Program-made: the position numbers and the translations under genes
Notes under the pieces: model-generated
Told to the model about the DNA's origin: nothing
The model's database searches: none
What the model saw: only the letters and a program-made list of their open reading frames with translations
In this document: in pieces, positions 37,001 to 45,044 of the stretch
Position numbering within the stretch: position 1 is the first letter of the stretch
Layout of the letters: every line of letters starts with the position of its first letter
Assembly: GCA_023205875.1 (NCBI GenBank)
Contig: CP060771.1
Coordinates: forward strand, 124,001-188,000
DNA: 64,000 nucleotides
DNA from: Chloropicon primus
Lineage: Eukaryota
Direction: 5' to 3'

Positions 37001-40000
37001 GATGGCAGCCATACATGGGCGAGGGCGCTGAGATGTTTGATGCTACTGAGGACAGCATGAACGCTACCTTCGGAGCTTGCATTTTGGACAAGGAGACTGG
37101 CGCCAACGTGAGGTGCAAGATCGCGATTCACACCGTGGATGCCAGCAAGAACGGAAAGGCTTGCGAGGTGGAGAACCTCGACAAGGTCTGCATGAATGAC
37201 GGATGTGCTCAGCCTGTGCACTGCCACGGAGAGTGGTCCGAGTACAGCCAGTGCTTCCATGACACCGATGAGGACTCCAACAAGCGTTGCAGAACTTACT
37301 CCGTCAAGACTCCAGCTGCCCACGGAGGCGAGGCCTGCAAGTTCGAGGATGGCGTCAAGGCCTGCACGGTTGCCGGCTGCGGACAGCCTATCGACTGCGA
37401 GTCTGAGTGGACTCCTTACGGAAGCTGCCAGTACCACGCCTCGTCCCAGTCCAACAAGCGTTGCAGAGGTTTCAACGTCACGACTGTTCCTGACAACAAC
37501 GGAGAGCAGTGCCCATACCCAATGGGCTACAGCCAATGCGTCGAAGCTGGATGCCCGCAGCCCGTTGACTGCGTCGGTGCCTGGGAGGAGTACGAGGAGT
37601 GCTACCACAACAAGGAGGACCACACCAACGAGAAGTGCAGGAAGTACAAGGTCACTACCCCGGCAGCTCATGGCGGAGCCCAGTGCCCACACGTTGATGG
37701 AAAGACCGAGTGCACCCAGGGAGGCTGCGACCAGCCAAAGGATTGCCTCTTCGGTTGGTTCAGCAAGAAGCAGGTTCCAGGCCAGCCAGAGCAAGACGAT
37801 CTTGGCGTCAGCGAGTGCGCGCTCGAGAACGGCGTGAGTGAGAAGTGCTCTTACGTTTCTATTCTTGCAGAGCCCAGCAACCACGGTTATGCCTGCCCAT
37901 TCCCTGAAGGGTATCCAATGTGCTCCACGGCGAACTGCACGCAGCCCGTTGATTGTGTCGGAGGCTGGGAGCAGTACAACGAGTGCATGTACGTGACCGG
38001 TCTTCACAAGAGCGAGAGATGCAGGCAGTACAAGATCACCACCCAAGCTGCTCACGGAGGAAAGTCCTGCCCACACGTGGATGGCCACAACCAGTGCACC
38101 AAGGGAGGCTGCCCACAGCCTGTTGACTGCAAGTACGAGCTCACCAACCCAACCGCTTGCGAGTTGCACGTGAGCGACGGCGGCAGCAGTTCTAGCAACA
38201 GGCAGTGCAAGACCGCCAAGATTGTGACTGAGGCCAAGTGGGGCGGTTTGGCTTGCCCCTACACCGAGGGAGAGAAGGTTTGCACATCCGAAGGCTGCGA
38301 GCAGCCCGTGGATTGCGTTGGCGCTTTCTTGCCTGGCAGCTGCATGTACAAGAACGACGAGCACGTGAACTGGAAGTGTGACATCTTCGAGGTCACCACT
38401 CCAGCGAAATATGGTGGCCAGGAGTGCCCTCATGTGAACGGGTACAAGATGTGCTCCAAGGCCGATTGCGACCAGCCAGTGGACTGCAAGTACGAGTTTG
38501 AGTTTGTCAAGACCGCTATGGTCAGCGAGGACGGAAACATGACGGAGGACTCCGCCCTTTGGGATTGTGTCTTCTACCCAGAGACCCTGGAGAGGAAGCG
38601 TTGCAAGGTCATGCACATCGTGACTGAGCCTCAGTACAACGGAAAGGCTTGCCCATACCCTGAAGGAAAGGAGCTTTGTGACAAGACGGGTTGCAAGCAG
38701 CCAAAGGCATGCGTGGGAGAGTGGTCTGACTACTCCAAGTGCTACAATGAGGAGTTCGCCGGCGTGAACCAGAGGTGCAGAAAGTACAAGATCACCCAGC
38801 CTGCTGTTGCTGGTGGTCCAGTCTGCCCATTCCCTGATGGCTTCGAGCAGTGCTCCATGGGAGGTTGCAGCCAGCCTATTGATTGCGAGGGCGAATGGAT
38901 CTCTGAGGGCACCTGCGAGTTCAACGACGCCTCCAAGAGCAACGAGAAGTGCAAGACCTTCTCCATCACTACCAAGCCAGAATACTTTGGCAAGGAGTGC
39001 CCATACATGAATGGCCACAAGGAGTGCTCCAAGGAGGGCTGTGACCAGCCTGTGCACTGCCACGGAGAGTGGTCCGAGTACAACCAGTGCTTCCATGACA
39101 CCGATGAGGACTCCAACAAGCGTTGCAGAACTTACTCCGTCAAGACTCCAGCTGCCCACGGAGGCGAGGCCTGCAAGTTCGAGGATGGCGTCAAGGCCTG
39201 CACCGTTGCCGGCTGCGGACAGCCTATCGACTGCGAGTCTGAGTGGACTCCTTACGGAAGCTGCGAGTACTATGCTAGCTCCCAGTCCAACAAGCGTTGC
39301 AAGCAGTTCGATATCACGACTGTTCCTGACAACAACGGAGAGCAGTGCCAGCACGCGCAGGGCTATGCCGAGTGCACCGAGGAGGGCTGTGCCCAGCCAG
39401 TTGACTGTGTCGGTGCCTGGGAGGAGTACGAGGAGTGCTACTACGAGCAGGGAGCCCACGAGAACAAGAGATGCAGGAAGTACAAGGTCACTACCCCGGC
39501 AGCTCATGGCGGAGCCCAGTGCCCACACGTTGATGGAAAGTCCGAGTGCACCCAGGGAGGCTGCGACCAGCCAGTTGACTGTGTCGGAGGCTGGAGCATG
39601 TACACTGGAACTTGCCAGTACAACAACGAGACTCAGCTCAACACCGACTGCAAGACGTACGAGGTCACTGTTGAGGCTGCCCACAACGGCTTGCAGTGCT
39701 TGTTCTTGGACGGCGAGTTGAGGTGCGATGCCAAGCCTTGCAAGGCCCCAGTTGCCTGCGTTGGTTCTTGGGGCAACTATGACAACTGTGCCTACGACGA
39801 GGGATCTGACTCCAACAAGAGGTGCAGAAAGTACACCATTGAGACGGAGGCTGCCTTTAACGGACCACAATGCCCTCACGCCGACGGCGAGATGGAGTGC
39901 GTCGCCGAGGGCTGCCCACAGCCCGTGGACTGCGTTGGTGCCTGGCAGCAGTACGGAGAGTGCGAGTTTGATGCTAACGAGCACGAGAACAAGAGGTGCA

Positions 40001-41574
40001 GATTCTACGAGATCACCCAGGAAGCTCTTAACGGCGGAGTGCAGTGCCCTCACGAGGACGGCTTGAGGAGCTGCAACAACACTCTCTGCCCTCAGCCACA
40101 GAACTGCGTGGGAAGCTTCAGTGACGTCGGATCTTGCTCTTATGTTACTGCTGAGCACTCGAACAAGGCCTGCAAGGTTTTCACCGTTGACGTTGAGGCT
40201 GCTTTCGGAGGAGATGCTTGCGCACACGAGAACAACTTCGAGCAGTGCACATCCTCTGTCTGCGACCAGCCTGTTGATTGTGTCGGAGACTTCGTAACTG
40301 CGCCAAACTGCACTTTTGACGAGACTGCTCAGGAGTGGCAGAGCTGCGGAACTTACAGGATCACCACCCCAGCGGCTCACGGAGGCCACGTTTGTGCCCA
40401 TTCCGATGGCCACAAGGTGTGCGACGTTTGCCAATCTGGCAAGGTTCCAGTGGACTGTGCGTTCGACTGGGTTGAGGAGACTACCGATGAGTGCGCCACT
40501 GGCGGAGAGATCAAGCACTGCAGTGTTTTCACCATCACTCAGGAGCCAAATGCTTACGGCGAGGCTTGCCCACACGAGGCAGGACACAAGATTTGCAGAA
40601 CCGAGGAGTGCAAGAACGACGACAACGGGGGCGGATCCAACCAACATGGCTCCAACGGGCATCATGCCACTGGATCTGGAATCACTGGAGACGACAAGGA
40701 GACTTCCACCGCCAACACTGCCACTGGCTTGATGTACGGCGGTATCGCTTTGGCGGGCTTGCTGTGCTGCTGCATCCCACTTTGCTGCTACTACCAGAGG
40801 AAGAAGAAGAGGCAGGCTGCTTTGAGCCAGTCTGTGGAGGGCAGGAAGTACAGCTTGCTGAACTACGGAAACCCCAACATGGTGACCATGCCTGTTGGCG
40901 CTAACACCACCATGATGCAGAATCCTTTCTTCGGAGCTTCCAACGGCGCCAGGAGTGGTACCCTCGGTGGGGAGGTGAACTTCAACTCCAACCCACTTGG
41001 AGAGGAGGACTACGGTGATGAGGATTCCGGACTCACGCCATCCACCGAGGTTTCTGGCAGAGGCTCCGTGAACGAGGGCTTCTTCAACCCAATGTTCATC
41101 CAAGAGCAGCACGAGGAAGTCGTTGGCTCTCTTCAACAGAACATGTACGCCATGTACGATTACATCGATAGCATGTGCGACACGGAGGCCGAGAGCATGG
41201 CTTTTGGAGAGATCAAGAAGGACATGCAGGAGGCTATGATCTCCTGGACCCAGATTGAGGAGTCTCTGATCGATTCTGAGGGCCAGACCCTCACCCAGAG
41301 TGTCACAAGCGAGGACATGGAGGAGAAGCTCAAGGCGATTAGACAGAAGTTGAACAAGATCGAGCAGAGCGCCTTCATGTGCAGGGACATCAACACCCAG
41401 GAGAAGTCCTCCTTGAGTAACATGATCAACCAGGCTCGTGGCAAGCTGCGCAGAGTTTCCACCGTGGGAGGAAACACGGTGAACCCAAGGAGGAAGACCA
41501 CCATGCCAAGCGAGTGGAAGCAGATCAGGATGAAGCTCAAGACTGTGAAGGCTCTTCAGGGTGGAAACTTCTAA
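34006..41574 (+). CDS. Giant single-pass cell-surface protein with ~35 thrombospondin type-1 (spondin-like) repeats
   Basis: Signal peptide, repeats PVDCxGxWxxYxxC...RCRxYxIxxPAxxGGxxCP...C...C, TM LMYGGIALAGLLCCCIPLCCYY followed by QRKKKR, ~260-aa cytoplasmic tail. Confidence 0.92.
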   Translation: MKYQVALLFVALFGCVAFQQAQAQCQGKWSGYGSCVKQADGTTKKCKTWVYTTQVAFGQFSSGGGSSGGGGGGGACNGLKDATAMFNGGWKDDKLKLGNTYVGCPNTMWDQPVMRRSLLGGSCPSYGTKKCVTTGCTQGCQGTWTSYGACQHNWATGKTEKCRLFIQSGYGGNGGGNNGGGGGGSWWQDRRSLLSGGCPSKECTSDGCVSQQTHCSGGWSGYGPCQYDSASKANKRCKSYTVYVQASGGGNGCPYANGAQSCAASLCPQPKDCVGHWGSYSECKFIPQGGMYQRCRRYLVTKNAAHNGQSCPYSSGKIQCTSIGCAQPANCQGHWTSYKACNNGKKCRNWVITTPASGGGSQCSHSHGQEDCTTYGCPQATNCQGQWSAYGSCSKHPVTHVNQRCRMYSITQHAANGGSQCGYSTGSVQCTVGGCSQPVDCKGAWSYSSCNYYSYLHKFMKVKSYQHIVSAQNGGQGCPYNNGYSVKVEGGCAQPVDCQGSWSAYGSCAPKNAQRRNLLGGAGVIETHKCRTYKITVNASNQGKACPFYNNQVDCTSNGCASIVDCEGGYSGWSDCSYDAASKTTRRSKTYQIYTPASNGGKTCPHASGLKVWSTGGCPQPVDCQYEYTTSECQIKNGVAKRCKVFNPTVLPSANGAPCPFSAGQEVECSTNGCAQPVDCVGHWEMGDCKYHASSKTNKRCKMYKVTQMNMNGGQACPVSHMATECMTEGCAQPVDCEWESVSDGQCKYDSATKQNLQCKTAKITKPAANNGEACPHADGYTKCTKEGCAQPQSCVGAWGAYTSCHANGSNNERCRVYSILSDAKAGGEACPHANGHKECTQGGCVQPVDCKFVWEDVLPAAFDDDLGAFGEFPDGADALPEQVDDELKCHVDPVAGTSKKCKKVKVTVPATHNGKACPHPDGYEVCSEEECAQPVNCVGSFTGFGSCEYDSANHSYKKCRSYKVSVASANGGFLCPFANNHKECILGDCEQPKDCEFGWQPYMGEGAEMFDATEDSMNATFGACILDKETGANVRCKIAIHTVDASKNGKACEVENLDKVCMNDGCAQPVHCHGEWSEYSQCFHDTDEDSNKRCRTYSVKTPAAHGGEACKFEDGVKACTVAGCGQPIDCESEWTPYGSCQYHASSQSNKRCRGFNVTTVPDNNGEQCPYPMGYSQCVEAGCPQPVDCVGAWEEYEECYHNKEDHTNEKCRKYKVTTPAAHGGAQCPHVDGKTECTQGGCDQPKDCLFGWFSKKQVPGQPEQDDLGVSECALENGVSEKCSYVSILAEPSNHGYACPFPEGYPMCSTANCTQPVDCVGGWEQYNECMYVTGLHKSERCRQYKITTQAAHGGKSCPHVDGHNQCTKGGCPQPVDCKYELTNPTACELHVSDGGSSSSNRQCKTAKIVTEAKWGGLACPYTEGEKVCTSEGCEQPVDCVGAFLPGSCMYKNDEHVNWKCDIFEVTTPAKYGGQECPHVNGYKMCSKADCDQPVDCKYEFEFVKTAMVSEDGNMTEDSALWDCVFYPETLERKRCKVMHIVTEPQYNGKACPYPEGKELCDKTGCKQPKACVGEWSDYSKCYNEEFAGVNQRCRKYKITQPAVAGGPVCPFPDGFEQCSMGGCSQPIDCEGEWISEGTCEFNDASKSNEKCKTFSITTKPEYFGKECPYMNGHKECSKEGCDQPVHCHGEWSEYNQCFHDTDEDSNKRCRTYSVKTPAAHGGEACKFEDGVKACTVAGCGQPIDCESEWTPYGSCEYYASSQSNKRCKQFDITTVPDNNGEQCQHAQGYAECTEEGCAQPVDCVGAWEEYEECYYEQGAHENKRCRKYKVTTPAAHGGAQCPHVDGKSECTQGGCDQPVDCVGGWSMYTGTCQYNNETQLNTDCKTYEVTVEAAHNGLQCLFLDGELRCDAKPCKAPVACVGSWGNYDNCAYDEGSDSNKRCRKYTIETEAAFNGPQCPHADGEMECVAEGCPQPVDCVGAWQQYGECEFDANEHENKRCRFYEITQEALNGGVQCPHEDGLRSCNNTLCPQPQNCVGSFSDVGSCSYVTAEHSNKACKVFTVDVEAAFGGDACAHENNFEQCTSSVCDQPVDCVGDFVTAPNCTFDETAQEWQSCGTYRITTPAAHGGHVCAHSDGHKVCDVCQSGKVPVDCAFDWVEETTDECATGGEIKHCSVFTITQEPNAYGEACPHEAGHKICRTEECKNDDNGGGSNQHGSNGHHATGSGITGDDKETSTANTATGLMYGGIALAGLLCCCIPLCCYYQRKKKRQAALSQSVEGRKYSLLNYGNPNMVTMPVGANTTMMQNPFFGASNGARSGTLGGEVNFNSNPLGEEDYGDEDSGLTPSTEVSGRGSVNEGFFNPMFIQEQHEEVVGSLQQNMYAMYDYIDSMCDTEAESMAFGEIKKDMQEAMISWTQIEESLIDSEGQTLTQSVTSEDMEEKLKAIRQKLNKIEQSAFMCRDINTQEKSSLSNMINQARGKLRRVSTVGGNTVNPRRKTTMPSEWKQIRMKLKTVKALQGGNF

Positions 41575-41687
41575 AGGTTTCTTCCTTTCTTGTACGAAGA
41601 CTCTAACTTTATAAACTCAGAGAAATAGAAACACAAAAAACTTTTTTCCTTATTATTAGCTTTAAAAAAAACCGAACCACCTTTGTG

Positions 41688-43068
41688 TCAACGAAGAGAA
41701 GCGATGCGCTCGACGGCGACCGGCAGGCAAGATGGGTCTGAGGCGGAAATAAGAAGGAAAAGAGTCAGTGATGGGCGACTTGCAGTGGCAACACTCACTG
41801 GGCCGGCCAAACTTACCACTCATCCAAGCAAAGCAGAGGCGAAAGTACCCCGGAGTCTTCATGCCGCAGCTCTGTCCAGGGTTCAAGACGACTCCTCGGC
41901 TCACGAGCCGGCTCCATAGTTTGCGTTCTGCATCGAAGCTGTTATCCTCCAGGAGGCCCCTCAGGTCAATAAAAAGGAAGAGACCAGCGCTGGGCTCACC
42001 CACGAACGGGATCCCCGCCTGCTGCAGCGCGCTTGTCAACTTCTCACTCGCCTGGGCAAGACAGCGGGCGTTCTCTGCCAAAAAGTCCGCGACAAACTCG
42101 TCCTTGCCAAGAACCGCCGCAAAGTCCCACTGGCACGAGCTCGATATTGCACAGCTGTAACCGAGTGCATTCCAGGCATGCACGATAGCAGAGTTCTTGC
42201 TGTGAAGGGCTCCAATTCTTAGGCCCGATGCACCAAAATCTTTGCTGAAGCCGAAAACCGTATGGCAATGGGTTTGGACCCAATGCTCATCCGGTAGTTC
42301 CAGTTCCGACACAAGGTCCGCGAGGCTCACAAAGTCATCTTTGTTTTTGTACACACTGCAAGCGTAGATCTCATCCGAAATAACGTGAAGGTCCAGTGAT
42401 TGTGCCCAACGCAAGACAGCTATCAGATCCGCTTTGCTGTGGACTATGCCCAAGGGGTTGTGCGGGTTCGTCAACAAAAGCACTTTGCACTTGGGTGTGT
42501 ACGCAGCTTGCAAGTCCTCAACAGAGAGCTTGCCAAAACGATCAGCAGACGCAGACGAAGGGTGCACCTTGACAATCTCGACCCCCGCTCTCATTCCCAA
42601 GTCCCTTCCGAACTGCCCGTAATACGGCGCTGGTACCAGACAAGCATCACCGTAGTCACAGAAACAGAAGAAACAATTTTCCAGAACCACGCCGCAACCG
42701 GCGCTCACCATCAAGTCCTCTGGCTCCATCCTTGCAGACTTGCAGATATGGCGATTCGCATAGCGCGAGACCGCTTCCCTCAATTCAACCATCCCCTTGT
42801 AGTCCTGGTACCCCAGCTTGTTTGCTGGAAAGGCCTTGGCCTGATTCAGCTCCTGAACCAACCGAGTTGTGCTCTCGAGCTTGTTCTCTGCTCGACATAA
42901 CAAGATCTTCCCCAACTCGTTCGTGTCACGACGCCACAAGTCCCTCAACCCTTCATCGTAAGCTCGAGCGAACTCAGCTCCATACCCCTTGTCCCCTCCA
43001 CCCGTCCACCTCTCTATCCTCTCCGAGACTCTCCCTATGGCTCTGCCCCCTTCGCTCCTCCTCCTCAT
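41688..43068 (-). CDS. PLP-dependent class I/II aminotransferase, ACC synthase-like; 3' intron near 41816-41739
   Basis: AENKL, YQDYKG, PAPYYGQFGRDL, TNPHNPLG, DEIY, SKDFGASGLRIG, GYFRLCFA; spliced end DPSCLPVAVERIASLR*; start uncertain. Confidence 0.88.
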
Positions 43069-43794
43069 CGAGCGCACGCACGTTACGCGACGCTGCCCCT
43101 GCAATTGACGAAAAACGTTACGCGGCGGACCTCTCCGATGCCCTCGTCCGCGCATCCGCCTCGAACCAAAGCCCCCCTCCCCCTCCGCAACACCAACACC
43201 TTCCCTCTCTGCTCACCCAAGTGATGCGGAGGCACAAGGCAACTGATGCCGGAGACTTGGTTGCTCAAATGAGTCAACTAAGGTACCTTTGGAAAGATCT
43301 CGGAGTCTACTTTCCTGTGATGCTGTGTATTGCCTCCTCTGCTCCCTTTTGTCGCCGATCCTTGGCCCAAAACCTCAGCCTCCTTTCGACTCGACCTCAG
43401 ACTGGAAATTAATGGGCGAGCATGGGCGAGCACTTCAGAGAGAGGCCCTCCAGTGCAGAGCGGAGCGGATGGCCGAGTGAGTCCAAGCGCCAAGAAGATG
43501 ATGGAGGGGGAGGATCACCATCAGGGGGGGTACCGTGGCACACCAATCCTCTCCCCTGATGGTGACATTCACCTCACCTCTGAACCTGTCTACGAGTTCT
43601 TTGAGTTGTTGAAGACGGTCAGTGGAGTCGAGTTGACGACAGGGGTTTGTTGGCAAGGTTGTGTGTGTGTGTGTGGTTTGAGGTTGTCTGTGTTTATAAT
43701 GGTGATAGAAGATTAATTCTTGCTTGGATACGATCCCTTTGACGGAGGCTGTAGCTGCCTCCCCCCCTCCCTTCACTGCTTGGCAACAAGAGCT

Positions 43795-44283
43795 TCAAGG
43801 TCTCCTCGCACCCAGAATCTGCCCCTCTGCTATCTTGGTCTCCTCGCACGCCTTTCTGCCGTGCGTTGGCCTCGTTGGATCGACCTTGTGACAGGAAGAG
43901 TCAGAGGCACCGTGTCAGAACCACGGGACATCGAAAGCCGAGTCAAAACAGTACTTCTTCCTTACCTTATTCCAACCAAACTGCATAGCCGCGGTGACCG
44001 GTCCGGCGTACCTCTCCGTCGTCTCCGCCTTGCATCGAACGTGCTTGTGCATGTCCTCAGCGTACTCCTTCCAAGAGTTAGTCGTCCTGGCACACTCTCT
44101 AGCAAGAGATGGTCCAACCCCAGACGCTGGTGACATGCCCAAAATGTCCAGCGTCAAGATACTGGTGCCATAGTCAAGTGTTGACTTTGGAAGTCTCTCT
44201 CTCCTCTCGCCAGTCAGAGGGTCAAAAAAGCATCCAGGTGCAACATCGACTAGACCATCATCCCCTCGCTTCAACAGTGCCAT
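43795..44283 (-). CDS. Small protein resembling axonemal microtubule inner proteins (TEX49/SPMIP11-like); exons 44283-43966 and 43884-43795
   Basis: A clean phase-0 GTAAG...AG intron gives ERYAGPVTAAMQFGWNK-VDPTRPTHGRKACEETKIAE. Confidence 0.55.
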
Positions 44284-45044
44284 GCTTGCCTGTCTCCCTG
44301 CTCGCTTCTGCGTCGAGGGAAAGAGACCAAGAGAAAGAAAAGGAACACTCGAGTCAGTTTCTCTCTTCAGTGTGGGTGGCTTCAAGCTCTTCCCGCCCTG
44401 GCCGACTTGGGTGGGGTCAAACGAGAGAGGTGGCTACAAGGATTCCGCCCATGCCTATGCTTCCTGCCTCACAGCCTCTCCTCGAGCCTCCCACCGCCCC
44501 GAACTCTTCTCCTCCCGAACAGGACTCCTTGGACCTCCTTGGACCACAACAAGGCACCACCTTGGCTTCAGGTCCAGGACACTTTGCTCGATAAGGCAAA
44601 GGAGGGAGGAGCCTGAGTGGGTGGAAAGAATTGACCGAAATGGATCCACAAGCCTCAGCTGGCTCGGGCCTGGAATCACCCAACCTTGCCTCACCTTGCC
44701 GCTGCTGCCGCTGCTGCTTTCGTTCCCCTTAGCCTTGGCCTTTGACTTTGCCTGCCTTTGCCTTTTGCATCGCATTTTGTCTTGGATTTTGATTAAGGAA
44801 ATGACGTACACTCAAGAGGCGTGACGGCAGAGGCTTGGGCAAAGACATTGACTCTGGCAGCAGCAGGCGAGGACGAGGAGGATGGAGAGCACTGAAGTGA
44901 CGATGCGATGGTCCGTGGATCTTAACGTACACTACATTGCTTTAATACAAAGTTTCCAAAACACACACATTATCATTATCATTATATTTTATCACAAAGC
45001 ACCACCGACAAGTGGGGTGTGTTGCTTCTCGTTCTTGTTGCTTC

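Noticed and set aside
34801..41136. 2111-aa antisense ORF
   Set aside because: Mirror of the codon-biased TSP gene (few sense codons complementary to stops); no domain character.
43497..43790. Short plus-strand ORF MMEGEDHHQGG... and small ORFs at 44400-44850
   Set aside because: No recognisable motif or convincing splice model.
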